Below are positions 24,240 through 36,300 of a stretch of DNA of 64,000 nt, piece after piece. Origin of the DNA: Eledone cirrhosa (Eukaryota); the NCBI GenBank assembly GCA_964016885.1, contig OZ024741.1, positions 386,012,001 to 386,076,000 on the forward strand, written 5' to 3'. The notes under the pieces were generated by a model. The model made no database searches. It was given only the letters and a program-made list of their open reading frames with translations, and was not told where the DNA came from. The position numbers were made by a program, and so were the translations under genes. The stretch's first letter is position 1. Every line of letters begins with the position of its first letter.

Positions 24240-27200
24240 CTGACCCTCCCTAATAACCGTGTGTTTTTCATCACAGACACTGAGTCGCAAGCACGTTGTC
24301 TGATCGACACCGGCGCGGCTTGTAGCATTTGGCCGCTAAAACTTCTCAAAGAGAAGCCCCAACTCTCAACCGTCTCTCTGCAAGCAGTAAACCAGTCACC
24401 GATCCCCACGTACAGTCAGATTTCTCGTTCTTTGAACCTGGAATTGCGTAGAGATTTCACGTGGATCTTCACTGTTGCTGATCTGCCTTACCCCATCCTA
24501 GGCTCAGATTTCCTGCACCACTATAACTTGATAGTGGATATGCGCAGACGCCGGTTGCTGGATGCCAACACAGAACTGTCTGTGCCGGGTACCAGATCGA
24601 CTGTCTCGTCGGTCAGCCCGGTCTTCTTTATCGCTGCTACAGAAGATCCTTACCAATCACTTTTGCATTCCTTCCCGGAATTAACAAATTTGAATTTTGT
24701 GATGAGTGAGCCTACTCACTCCACCAAGCACCACATTGAAACATCTGGAGCTCCTGTGTTTTCGCGCCCTCGCCGTCTCTCTGCTGAGAAACTGAAGGCC
24801 GCAAGGGCTGAATTCAATCACATGCTGCAGCTCGGGATCATTCACCCATCCTCAAGCCCGTGGGCCGCACCCTTGCATTTGGTACCAAAGCGTTCCGGTG
24901 ATTGGCGTCCCACTGGGGACTTTCGCCGGTTAAATGCAATGACGGTACCCGACCGCTACCCGATACCACACATACAGGATTTTGCATCTTCGCTGCATGG
25001 ATGCAACATATTCTCCAAATTGGATTTGGTCAAAGCATACCACCAAATCCCGGTGAACCCGGCAGACATACCTAAAACTGCAGTAACAACTCCATTTGGA
25101 GCGTTTGAATTTTTGACCATGCCTTTCGGTTTGCGAAACGCAGCCAGCACGTTCCAACGATTTATGGATGAAGTTGTGCGCGATTTAGACTTCGTGTACA
25201 ACTACATCGACGACATTCTTGTGGCAAGTGCCTCACCTGAGGAACATGTCAATCACCTCCGTCTCCTGTTCGAGAGATTTCAAAAATACCAAGTGAGAAT
25301 TAATCCGGCAAAATGTGTTTTCGGTGCTTCCTCACTTGTCTTCTTGGGCCATGTCATCAGCCCAGAAGGAATTTCGCCACTACCTGATAAAGTGAAAGCG
25401 GTACAAGACCTCCAACCACCCACTTCACTTCGTCAACTACGACATTTCCTTGGGCTACTGAACTATTACAGGCGCTTTATCCCACACTGTGCGGATCTCC
25501 TGTCTCCTCTGTCCGACCTGTTACGTAACAGGAAAAAGAAGAACGATTCCATTTCATTGGACACGAATCAGCTAAAAGCCTTCGACGAAGTGAAGCGGAA
25601 GCTTGCGGAGACATCACTGCTTGCACATCCTGTGTCTGGTGCCCAGTTTTCACTGGTTGTTGATGCATCAGGCACAGCTGTAGGTGCAGTACTGCAACAA
25701 CAACACCAACAACAGTTACAACCTCTTGCCTACTTTTCTAAACAGCTGAAGCCTGCAGAAACACGGTATAGCACATTCCGCCGTGAACTCTTGGCTATGT
25801 ACCTTGCAGTGAAACACTTTCGGCATTCACTGGAGGGTCGCCAATTTGTTATATACACTGACCACCGTCCGCTTACGTTCGCACTGCGTTCTAAGCCGGA
25901 CAAATATTCACCTCGCGAAACTCGCCACTTGGACTTCGTTTCGCAATTTACCAGCGATATCCGACACATCTCTGGTGAACAGAATGCGGCGGCAGATGCA
26001 CTGTCTCGCCTCCCAATTAATTCCCTGTCATCGCCAGCGGAAATCGACCTCCAACGAATGGCCACGGAACAACCACCTCTGGATACTTTGGACCTCTCGT
26101 CTTCTGAATTTGCAACTGGCAAATTTGCATATCTGCCTGTGCCCACTTCGGACACACAGATTATCTGCGACACCTCGACAGATGCACCTCGCCCTCTAGT
26201 GCCAGTGACTCATCGTCGAGCAGTTTTCGACACCTTGCACGGTCTGGCACACCCTGGAATATCGACCACAGTGAAGCTCATTTCGGCTAGATTCTTCTGG
26301 CCTAATATGAGGCGTGACATCACTGCCTGGACACGTTCCTGCCTATCCTGCCAAAAGTCAAAGGTGCACAAACACATCCGCGCACCCCTTGGAACTTTCA
26401 GCACTCCAGACGCTAGGTTCAGCCATGTCCATATAGATCTTGTCGGACCATGGCCGGTCAGCCGAGGATTTACATACCTCCTGACCTGCATAGATCGCTT
26501 CACACGTTGGCCTGAAGCCATTCCTTTAAGTGACATTTCGGCGGAATCTGTGGCGCGAGCCCTAGTATCGGGTTGGATATCGCGTTACGGAGTTCCAGCC
26601 ACTATCACCACTGACCGCGGTGGACAATTTGAGTCACACCTTTTCCGAGAGCTTTCAAGGATCCTGGGAATGCAACGCATTCGAACGACCAGCTACCATC
26701 CAGCTTCTAACGGAATGATTGAACGCTTCCACCGCCAATTGAAAGCCGCACTGCGCGCTTATCCGGATCAGCAGCGGTGGAGCGAATATGTACCAATTGT
26801 CCTCCTGGGCTGTCGTGCAGCCATCAAGGAAGATCTAGGCTACTCCCCCGCCGAGTTGGTTTACGGAGTGCCTATATCTCTGCCTGGTCAGATGTTAGCT
26901 CCATTGGACCTACCAGCAACAGACCCAGCTCTGTATGTGAGCAGACTGCAATCATATTTCAGCAATCTTCCGCCTATGCACCCTCGCCAACAGACAATCA
27001 AATCTTCGGTTCCGAAAGACATTGCTTCATGGACCCACGTCTTTTTACGAAAGGACGCCGTGAGAGCTCCTCTCATGCCACCTTATACCGGTCCCTATCG
27101 CGTGCTTGAGCGCACAGATAAGCTATTCACCCTAGACATTGGGGGTAAAAAAGAGACTGTGTCCATTGACAGGGTAAAACGGGCCTATACAGACACTCTC

Positions 27201-27359
27201 ACACAAGAGCCCCATTTCCCCCCCACATACACCTGGCATCAGCCAAGCCACAATACACATATAACATCGCACACACCTACACCTACATATGTCACCACCA
27301 CACGTAGCGGTCGGCGAGTACATTGGCCCAAGAAGCTTTGCAAGACTCTTTATATATGA
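24198..27359 (+). CDS. pol: Gypsy Pol: aspartic protease, RT, RNase H, integrase with GPY/F; uninterrupted ORF
   Basis: LIDTGA; [33 protein letters not shown]; [20 protein letters not shown]; [31 protein letters not shown]; PYTGPYRV; TRSGR tail. Confidence 0.96.
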   Translation, partial: GKQISGDLSTAQSPLTLPNNRVFFITDTESQARCLIDTGAACSIWPLKLLKEKPQLSTVSLQAVNQSPIPTYSQISRSLNLELRRDFTWIFTVADLPYPILGSDFLHHYNLIVDMRRRRLLDANTELSVPGTRSTVSSVSPVFFIAATEDPYQSLLHSFPELTNLNFVMSEPTHSTKHHIETSGAPVFSRPRRLSAEKLKAARAEFNHMLQLGIIHPSSSPWAAPLHLVPKRSGDWRPTGDFRRLNAMTVPDRYPIPHIQDFASSLHGCNIFSKLDLVKAYHQIPVNPADIPKTAVTTPFGAFEFLTMPFGLRNAASTFQRFMDEVVRDLDFVYNYIDDILVASASPEEHVNHLRLLFERFQKYQVRINPAKCVFGASSLVFLGHVISPEGISPLPDKVKAVQDLQPPTSLRQLRHFLGLLNYYRRFIPHCADLLSPLSDLLRNRKKKNDSISLDTNQLKAFDEVKRKLAETSLLAHPVSGAQFSLVVDASGTAVGAVLQQQHQQQLQPLAYFSKQLKPAETRYSTFRRELLAMYLAVKHFRHSLEGRQFVIYTDHRPLTFALRSKPDKYSPRETRHLDFVSQFTSDIRHISGEQNAAADALSRLPINSLSSPAEIDLQRMATEQPPLDTLDLSSSEFATGKFAYLPVPTSDTQIICDTSTDAPRPLVPVTHRRAVFDTLHGLAHPGISTTVKLISARFFWPNMRRDITAWTRSCLSCQKSKVHKHIRAPLGTFSTPDARFSHVHIDLVGPWPVSRGFTYLLTCIDRFTRWPEAIPLSDISAESVARALVSGWISRYGVPATITTDRGGQFESHLFRELSRILGMQRIRTTSYHPASNGMIERFHRQLKAALRAYPDQQRWSEYVPIVLLGCRAAIKEDLGYSPAELVYGVPISLPGQMLAPLDLPATDPALYVSRLQSYFSNLPPMHPRQQTIKSSVPKDIASWTHVFLRKDAVRAPLMPPYTGPYRVLERTDKLFTLDIGGKKETVSIDRVKRAYTDTLTQEPHFPPTYTWHQPSHNTHITSHTPTPTYVTTTRSGRRVHWPKKLCKTLYI

Positions 27360-27568
27360 ACTATGTTATTTACAGCAATCTTCTTGGAGTTTGCTCCGCC
27401 CTTGTATTTGTATTAAATGTATGAACTAAGGTGAACATTACACTATTTCTGACTTTCCTGTAATATGAACATTTCTTTATCAGTGATATATTTTATTGTG
27501 TTTACTATTATATAGTACTTTTTCTTTCATTCAACTGCTACCCTTATTTCTCTGTCGGCTGTAAGCCT

Positions 27569-27581
27569 AAGCAGGGGGTGA
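27569..27581 (+). promoter_or_regulatory. Polypurine tract
   Basis: AAGCAGGGGGTGA immediately 5' of the 3' LTR. Confidence 0.8.
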
Positions 27582-27984
27582 TGTAGCAGTGAATAAAATG
27601 TATTTTCCTTCTGCGGCGGAATGGTGTTACGGAGGTAAGTTGGCTGAAGTGTGAGCCAATCGAAACCTTCGGTGCACTAATTCGACTGTCCAGAACTACG
27701 TCACCAGTGTGAGCGGAGGTGACCAAGAGAGACATTAGTCTACACGCACCTCTCTTATCGACAAGACCAGGCTACACTCCTCGCTGCTAACAACATCTCC
27801 ATCTTGCAATGAAGCGGACCAAACTACATCCTACACATGTAGATACGACCTGTACCTAATGTATCCGTTCAACATGTACAACTAATAAATAGAGTTACAA
27901 CATCGATAATGGATTTAGTCAATGTTCTAAATGCCTTCTGATCTCTATTATGTATATTAAGAATTGACCCTAAAACCCGTTATA
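27582..27984 (+). repeat. 3' LTR (403 bp)
   Basis: Copy of 22187-22589, followed by TCAT. Confidence 0.97.
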
Positions 27985-28284
27985 TCATTAGTATGACCTG
28001 GAAATCAGTTGCACTCTATTTATCTTCTTTATTAAAGGCAATCAAATTATTTTTTATTTTATTCTTTTTCTTATTTTTCCATGTTTGTTAAATAAATTCC
28101 AAAAAATCGAACTAAATTGAAATTTTGTAATAAAATTTCCATAAAAGTTAATGTTTACAATACAATAAAATGTAATAAAATGTATTGAAGTCGATGAAAT
28201 GTGGACCTTCATTTTTGAAAGATGGATAATGCTATAAGCAGACCTTACAATATTGTACCACAATTTTCCTTTGTGCAAAAGTGG

Positions 28285-28485
28285 GCAGCCGAATTTAGGA
28301 AAGGATAGGGGATTCTTGAAGATGACCCAATGTCTGGACGTCCTACAACTGCCACTACCGAGGAAAACATTGATCTCAGTACTGCAACACCGATGGAAGA
28401 AGTGTGTGGAACGCAAGGGAGACTATGTTGAAAAATAAACCTCATTTGGTCACATTCCATGAGAGTATCTTTGTCAACCCTCGTA
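28285..28485 (+). mobile_element. Internally deleted mariner remnant
   Basis: N-terminal HTH-linker sequence (LEDDP.SGRPTT..TEENID) fused directly to the C-terminal LQHRWKKCVERKGDYVEK*. Ends CCCTCG-TA, like a mariner TIR plus TA. Confidence 0.75.
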
Positions 28486-28519
28486 TCTATGCGCAATATA
28501 CGTAAAAATACAGAATTGC

Positions 28520-28929
28520 GGGCACTACAACGCTATTAGCTGTCATATTTGTTGGTGAAAAAAATTTGATTATAAAACTTAAATTTATGAATGGCTTGTT
28601 TTCTACATTGATAACCATGACTTGTTTTCTAATTAACTTAAATTTGTTTTCTAATTTGGCCCTTTTAAGGGCCACCTATATTTTCATTTAAGTAACTCCA
28701 CTTACATCGATATGCTTTATAACCATGACTTGTTTTCTAATTTGGCCCTTTTATGTCTTCCCTCTCTCTCTCTCTCTTCCCTCTCTCTCCTCTTCCCTCT
28801 CTCTCTAAAAAAAAACGCGTGAAAACTCCACTTACGCGTGGTAGTAATACGGAAATAAACGATGTTGACGAGTGACGTCACGTTCGCCTGTTTTCCACTG
28901 GACTGACAGCTAATAGCGTTGTAGTGCCC
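28520..28929. mobile_element. MITE-like element with perfect 26-bp terminal inverted repeats
   Basis: GGGCACTACAACGCTATTAGCTGTCA (28520-28545) and TGACAGCTAATAGCGTTGTAGTGCCC (28904-28929); no clear TSD. Confidence 0.8.
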
Positions 28930-29411
28930 AAATTATACTTTATCATTTTACGAAAATGAAGGACACACTGGATAATGTAGCCACTAGATACACAATGTCT
29001 AAGCAAGTAACGACTGGAACGCCTTTGATCAAAGGTCTGATCTGGTGCTAAACAATATCAACACCAACGCCAACAAGGTTACCTCAATGTAGTAAGTTCG
29101 ACAGGCTAGAAATAGCAGTCAAATCTGACTCAAATAAAAATTCACAGTGAATAACACAATTCTAAATACAGTACGCCTAGGAAAAAATAGGATCGTCATA
29201 GATGGAACATTTTAGCTATAATAGGTTTGTTCGTTTTAGTTTGAACGGAAGTTAAACAACAAGGAAAAGCACATTCGAATTATGTAGTCCGTGATACACT
29301 GAATAAAAGACGGGAAAGACAGCTGGAACACTTCTGGTCGTAGGACTGCTGGAACAGGGCTGGTCAGAGGGCTAAAAAACGAGACGTAAAAACGAAATGT
29401 GACCATATACA

Positions 29412-29443
<32 letters not shown>

Positions 29444-29518
29444 CGAAGAAATGTGGAAAGGAACCAGATAGACCATAACGCACCAAAGTACTCAATACTT
29501 AGGGTAGTAGAGAGGGTA

Positions 29519-29606
29519 ATAGGAACGAGTAGGACCCCGACGGCTGAGCTCAAGCCGTTTCGACGGCTAATTCTGGACTAGTCCAGAATTAGCCGTCCTA
29601 CTCATT

Positions 29607-29611
<5 letters not shown>
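29519..29611 (-). other. Nested fold-back containing a partial hammerhead-ribozyme-like motif
   Basis: Perfect 36-bp palindrome at 29562-29597. Minus strand reads stemII-GAAAC-GGCT..AGCC-GTC-GGGG. Outer 16-bp inverted repeat. Confidence 0.55.
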
Positions 29612-29671
<60 letters not shown>

Positions 29672-30789
29672 CAGAAATCAGTGCAAAGGTAGTAGTGAGA
29701 GATGGAATATAAGAGGAAACGTGACAGACACATGTGGAGAGTAGGAGGAAGTGAAGTGATACACATGTAGAGAGTAGGAAGAGGAAGGGTTATAAACATA
29801 ACGTGAATAGGAAGAGGGTAATAGAGAGATGAGAAGGTGGGGAGAAGAGGAGTGATAGACACATGGGAGGGAGGTGAGTGATCGAACTCTATTTTAAGCA
29901 ATAGAGACCAAGTTCGTATGTATGTATATATTTAGAGAGAACCGTAACTCCTATTAGAGACGTCGGGGTACTGGAGTGACATACGGCATATCTTAGGCAT
30001 TTTAAATCTAGCGGAGACCATTCTCTCTTCAGGACTGAACACAGGCAATTTCTTCCAAAGAATGATATATAGAGGAAGAATCGGCTCCCAGTACTAGACA
30101 GAGAGTAAGCTTACAAGACCGTTAATAGACAAACAAGCACACGTACACATCTATACATATTCATACATACTAGATACATCTACACATTGCATACATATAT
30201 AAAACGAACTTTGGTAACGAATATAAATATGTTAACAAATGATTACCATACAAAAATAACTTTCTTAATGATGCATATAAGGCAATGACAATTTTACAGA
30301 TACGTTTACTATGATGTACATTATTATCGAATTAATTAATTATTTGAAAAAAGAAAACAAACAACTTTCATTAATATACAGTTGCATTCGTTTATGAATA
30401 CTTTCCACCCGCATTTGTAGTTGGCTAAAAGTAAACTCAGAAATGTTTTGTATATATACACACACAGCCGAGGGCAGTTTGCATGATGTCTATATAACTT
30501 CACTAGCCTTGCTATAGGAATGTATAAATTCACCTTTACCAGAATGCACGAACACTCGAGAGATAGAATTAGACCAGATTTACTGGTTTCAAAACGAGAT
30601 GATACTAAATACGTATGGACCCATAACTCCTCAGGGAGTCGTAGGGTCGCCGTATTTCTACCGTTTTTCTAGGGCATTTAAAAAAAAACCTGTCGGAGTC
30701 CATCTGTCTAGGTCTGAATACAGCAGATTTCTTCCAGAGAAGGATAGATAGAGAGAGAATGAAAGTGAAAAAGAGATATAGAGGAAGAA

Positions 30790-30930
30790 TCAACCTGGTA
30801 CTAGACTGGTACTTACCGACCTTGAATGGATGAAAGGAAAAGTTGACCTCAACGGGATTTGAACTCAGGGAGCAGAGAACCGAAACAATACCGCAAAACC
30901 GACGTTCTAATGACTGCCAATTCGCCGTCC
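30790..30930 (-). mobile_element. tRNA-head SINE (octopus OK-SINE-like)
   Basis: GGATGAAAGGAAAGTTGACCTCAACGGGATTTGAACTCAG, shared with copies at 35380, 37595 and 39215 (-) and 35865 and 36140 (+). Confidence 0.65.
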
Positions 30931-31039
30931 TGGTACTAAATATACTTAATTTCAATAATATTAATACAAAGCATTGAATTAATACGAATTATAATTTTCA
31001 TAGACCCTGGACCCCAAAATATTGTTATATAATGATAGA

Positions 31040-31395
31040 AGCAGACATGGCTGCGTGGTTAAAGTGTTCGTTTCGCAACAACGTGGTTTCTTTTTCACTC
31101 GCACAGTGTGGCACTCTGGGCAGGTGACGCTTTCTATAGACCCGAGTAGACCAATGCCTTGTGAGTGACATTTAGTAGACGGAAACAGCAGAAGCCCATC
31201 ACACGCACATATATGTGTGTGTGTATATGTGTTTGTATCTGTTTAAGTCACATAACATAGCGGTTCAACAAAAAGAGATCGATAAAATAAATATCAGACT
31301 TGAAAAATAAGTACTAGGGTCAGTATGACCGATTATAACCTTTTAAGGTGGTACCCTAGCAGAGCCGCAATCTAATGACCGAATTCAATAAAAGA
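31040..31395 (+). mobile_element. Decayed tRNA-head SINE
   Basis: A-box-like CATGGCTGCGTGGTTAA; body GACCAATGCCTTGTGAGTG..TAGACGGAAAC; GATAAAATAA/AAGTACT tail. Confidence 0.55.
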
Positions 31396-31414
31396 ACACA
31401 CACACGCGGATGTG

Positions 31415-33240
31415 TGAATGTCACAGAACAAGTATTTGCACAATTGATTTAGATCAAAATTTTAATGAACCACTGTTTGTCTTTGTACCTGGAAGAAGCA
31501 CTACTGATGCCATTATAGTAGAAACAACTGCAGAAGTACTTAGCTAAGTTTAAACCTCCTATATCTAGCATTCGTCGTCTTGGAAAAAAGCCATTGACAG
31601 AATCCCATTGTTCGTGATTTGGTGGTCACTTAGGAATTTAGGGATAAAGGAATGGTTTGTGAGGACTATACAGGCCACGTACAGAAGCACAACCCGCAAG
31701 GCACGAGTTAGCAATAAGTATAGAGACGAATTTAGTGTGTAGCTGGGAGTTCACCAAAGCTCAGTCCTGAGTCCCTATTTATAGTCAACCAAGCTATAAC
31801 AGAGAAATTCAAGTCTAGTTGTCTGTGGGGGCTCTTGTGTGCTGACGAACTAACACTAATAACTGAAACTGTAGAACTAGAGAATATTCAGACACGGAAA
31901 CAAAATCTTGATTCGAAGGCCTCAAAGTAAATCTGGCAAAAACTAAAATCTTAAGACATTCGCCTTTTCTGCTTATTGGGCACCGCCATTTTCCTTGTGG
32001 TAAAATGGCGGTACCCAGTAAGCAGAAAAAATGTAGGTAGGAATTCCATACGATGTACCCAATGGACACACAGGAGATGTAGCGAGATCACAGGTAGGCT
32101 GACTGAGAGGTAGACATCGTATACGACATGCACAGGAATAATCAACAGTAAGGCTACCCGAGAATTCATCATCATTGCAATCATAGTCGAATATTCTCGA
32201 GAAAGTCTCTTCACAATTCACGATTTTCCATTTCTCCTGGTAACTGCTTCCTACTAAGGTTTGTTTCATCTAAGAGTTGATCGATCAAGGTTCAAACAAA
32301 TCTACTGCGTCTCCCGTGATTTGGTTTCCACAACAGTAGCTTGTGTTTAACTTCTTGTGTACTTTTCCAGCAATGTCCTGTAAATCGTAATCATCTTTCA
32401 GCAATTGCAGTTGTTATCTTGGGTATGTTTCCGTATAAACTTTCATTTGTAATATGTTGATGCCAGTTTATATTTTGTACAACCCTAAGCATTTTAGTGT
32501 ATGCACCATCTAGTTTCATCTCAAGTGTTTATATCAGAGTCCATGTGCCTGATCCAAACAACACTGACTCAACAGATGTTCTGAAGAATTATATTTTGAT
32601 TTTTCTGGGTAGATTTGACTTCCATATGCTTTTCATTTTATTCATTGTAGCTCAGACTTTGGGAATTCTAATGTCCAGAAGGGTCACTAGAAGCAGTAGT
32701 AGAAAGCTTTTGTTATCTAAGTGATCATAATAGTAATCAAGGTAACTGTAGTGAAAAATGTACCCAGGGTGAGAACGGGGCGGAAGAAGTTCAAGGAGCT
32801 GTTGCCTCTGCTGTCGTTACCTCTGTTTCTCTCCCAGAAAGAAAAGGCATATTGTACAGTGCTGGTGTTCCAAATGCTATGCTACGTAATAGTGAGACGT
32901 TGGTCATAAATGCAGAAACTTTACGCCAATTGGAAATGAATAAAGCATGCATGTTCCGTTGGATGTGTAATGTAAGCACACACGAACGATAGATCCCAGA
33001 AAGACGCTGAATGTAAAAAGAAAAAGATTTAGTATGCAAGAGAGACGTTTGTGTAGGTATAAGCATGTGGTACGTAAAGAGGGTGAGAACCGTATAAAAA
33101 CGTGTTGAGCTCTTGAAGTAAATGGAACCAGTGGAAGAGGGAGACTAAGGAAAACACGGGATGAAGTTATGAAGAATGAACACAAGAAACTGAATCTCAC
33201 GAAGTGGATGGCTAGCAACTCGCTACGCTACAAAAGAGCC
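31415..33240 (+). mobile_element. RTE-clade LINE RT region, decayed, interrupted at 32162-32668
   Basis: FVPGRSTTDAI, LAFV.LEKA.DR.P..VIWWSLR.LGI.EW, GVHQ.SVLSP, ADEL, SFCYL.D, FKELLPLL, RGRLRKT. Confidence 0.8.
32162..32668 (-). mobile_element. 3' end of a second RTE family, nested in the preceding RTE
   Basis: Reverse complement of 43990-44425; (TCA)n tail at 32166; GAATTC at both junctions. Confidence 0.8.
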
Positions 33241-33399
33241 ACCCATCAGTATAAGAACAGTTACGCTAAATGTAAATGTAGTGAAGGATGGATATTATAT
33301 GGAGTGAAGATCCCTTTTTTTATCCTGCTGTTAACGCGACTAGCTGAGGAACAAACCGAGTCAACCAGGGCGGGACTTTCACTTGCTGAGGTGACCCTA

Positions 33400-33710
33400 A
33401 GCTTCTTCTTCTTCTTGATCCACAAACATGTCCAACCGAGTTAATGGATGTTATCCAACCATCTTGCTCGGGGTCAACCCTTAGGTCTCCTGCCGGCTGG
33501 TTTTACTCGTAAAATCTGTCCAGCGATTCTTTCCTAAGACATTCTAATCACATGTCCATAGTATCAGAACTGTAATCTCTCAATTCGGAGAAGTAGGGGC
33601 TTTACCTGGAGCCACTCTGATCTCCGAGTCACGCACTCTGTCGAGTAACATTACTCCAAAGACCCTTCGGAGGAACCCCATTTCGGTCGCTTGTATTCGC
33701 GATCGCATTA
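33400..33710 (-). mobile_element. RTE (Expander/REX3-like) 3' fragment with (GAA)n tail
   Basis: Minus strand RSRIQATEMGFLRRVFGVMLLDRVRDSEIR...YGHV.RM...GRRPKG; (CTT)n at 33402. Confidence 0.7.
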
Positions 33711-33894
33711 TTCCAAAATTTAAAATTCAAAATTTTATGGACACGAAGGAAGTTATATTTTTCGAAAAAACTATTTATATGATGTTGATATACTTTATAT
33801 TTCATTCCCTTGAAGGGAATATTCTCTTTTTGTAAAGAAACATTCTCGAAAAATTTCGACGGATCATATAAATATAATAAACAAATTTTTGTAG

Positions 33895-34320
33895 ACGCGG
33901 ACACACACACGCACGCACGCACACGCAGACCCCCCCCCCCACATATATATCGACATATACAAACATACTCACATATCGACACATACAAATACTCCCTCCC
34001 CACATTCCGACATATCCAAATACACACGTATACCTACACATACAAATGTACACATACACACATATAAGTACCCCCCACCTCGCATACAGACATACAAAAA
34101 CACACAAACACACACACATATATCGAGATATACAATTACACATACAAATACCACCCCTACATACCGATACATAGAAATACAAACACACACACACATACCG
34201 ACACTTAAAACACGCACACACACACACACACACCAACACATAAAAATACACATATACACACACATCGACACATACAAATACACATACATCGACACATACA
34301 AATATACACACATACACAGA
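33895..34320. repeat. Degenerate (CA)/(CATA) microsatellite
   Basis: Low-complexity AC/AT alternation. Confidence 0.85.
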
Positions 34321-34726
34321 AAAGGAAAAGATAGCGGTAAATGTGTTGCTATGGTGATAGCATTGCATGCTGCCATATCTATTTAGGCAGAGATTGATAA
34401 TAAAACAAGACTTAACGACAAGAATATCTGCAACAGTATCATCAATAACGATAATAACAGAGGTATATTGTAAGGTTCTTCGATTTTGTATGTGTGTGTG
34501 TTTCTTTTTTTTTTGGTCTAAGTTTTCGTTACTATTTTTAGTGTCGGCTGCTAAAGACTGGATGCTTTTTCCTGCACATACATACACATGCACGCACGGA
34601 CGCACACACACACACACACATCCGTATGTAGATGATGGCCGAGAGAAAAGAGTACTCAATATAGAAATAGAGTTTAAATATATTATTAAGGTTAAATAAT
34701 GAGTCGTTACTCTTTATTTTCGCCCG

Positions 34727-34832
<106 letters not shown>

Positions 34833-34867
34833 ACACACACACACATATATATATATATAAATTAGAA

Positions 34868-34940
34868 AGAGTCGGGGCCCGACGGCAGAGCTCTTGTCGT
34901 TTCGACAGCTGGTTCAGACGACAATTTTCATCTGGATATT
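34868..34940 (-). other. Decayed hammerhead-like motif related to 29519-29611
   Basis: Minus strand: C-CAGATGA-(stem II remnant)-GTCGAAAC-GACAAGAGCTCTGCC-GTC-GGG; adjacent to (TA)n. Confidence 0.45.
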
Positions 34941-35379
34941 AAAACATCGTTTGTACTGTATTCTAGTGGAAACTGGCTCTCGGGCCCATTCTGTTCATTT
35001 CTACAAACACACACAGACGCAGACATATACAGACACACACAGACGCAGACATATACAGACACACACAGACGCAGACATATACAGACACACACAGACGCAG
35101 ACATATACAGACATACACACATACACACAAGCTTCATGTCTAATACACTTACCAGACACATTTCTCTCCAAGAGGAAGGAAGCTCTACATTGTTGCTCGA
35201 ATTGCTAGGAACAACAACCAATTCTCCCCTCAAATTACACTTAACCGTCTTAAAAGGGAAGAACACATTGAATAACGTAATCGTACATGTCTACTAAGAA
35301 GACAGGATGGTCACAGCTGGAATGCTTTTGATCAAAAGCTATTTTTGACTGGCGGTTAAATAATGATTTCTGATTTAAG

Positions 35380-36300
35380 CATAAGGCCAACAATTTGGGG
35401 GGAGGAGAAAGTCGATTAAATCGACTCCAATGAGTCACTGGTACTTTATTTTATCGACCCCGTAAGGATGAAAGGCAAAGCTAACCTCGGCGGGCAACGA
35501 GCAATATTTCATACAAGTCTGTTATTTTCTGTATCAGATGGCATCTTACACACATACATTACACCCATCTTATGCGTTATCTGTGTAGCATGTATCCCCT
35601 TGGATAATCATACGTACACAGCCACCTTCTTGTCCACGCATATAAGCAAGCATACACTTCGTACCATATACACCATCGTAGACACATTTCACACGCACAC
35701 ACATACTGTGTCACACGCGCCTTATCTGTGTCACATAATCCTTAAAAAAGGACACGTTAGATGTTCCTGGGTTTCTTGTACACAAGAAAAGACAGGATGG
35801 TTACAGCTCGAATGCCTGTGGTTAATAATAAATCGAATACTTGTGGTTAATTATAAATCTGCTAGGGCGGTGGATTGACAGAATTGTTAGAGCGACGGAC
35901 AAATGCGTAGCGGTATTTGCTCTGGCTCTTTAAGTTCTGAGTCCGAATCCTGACGAAGACAACTGTACCTTTTGTCATTCCGAGGTGGATAAAATAAAGT
36001 ACTTTCCCTTCCCTTAAATTGCTGGCCTTGTGCCAAATTTAGAAATTGAAGTCTGCTTGGTCGCATCACATACGGACACATATACAAACATACACTAAAT
36101 AGAAATATACTGTAAATCACGCAGGCATTATCTGTGCTACATGGACGCCATGCTTTCCAGCATAGTTACGTCCCTTTACGATCTGAGTTCAAATCCCGCC
36201 GAGGTTGACTTTGTCTTTCATCCTTACGGGGTCGATAAAATAAAGTACCAGTAATGCACTGGGTATTTTGCTGGCCTTGTGCCTAAAGTAGAAACAATTA
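35380..36300. mobile_element. Cluster of OK-like SINE copies: 35380-35495 (-), 35865-36045 (+), 36140-36300 (+)
   Basis: CTGAGTTCAAATCCCGCCGAGGTTGACTTTGTCTTTCATCCTTACGGGGTCGATAAAATAAAGTACCAG and its reverse complement. Confidence 0.75.

Larger units (their letters stand above)
22187..27984 (+). mobile_element. Full-length Ty3/Gypsy LTR retrotransposon, CsRn1/Kabuki/Boudicca-like
   Basis: Two 403-bp LTRs, TCAT TSD (22183-22186 and 27985-27988), tRNA-Trp PBS, PPT, gag with CHCC motif, pol in PR-RT-RH-IN order. Confidence 0.97.

Noticed and set aside
27360-27568. env-like third ORF in the Gypsy element
   Set aside because: Only ~210 bp of AT-rich UTR lies between the pol stop and the PPT.
22131-27735. 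Matching minus-strand ORFs at 22131-22340 and 27544-27735
   Set aside because: Antisense reading of the two LTRs; they diverge at the LTR boundary.
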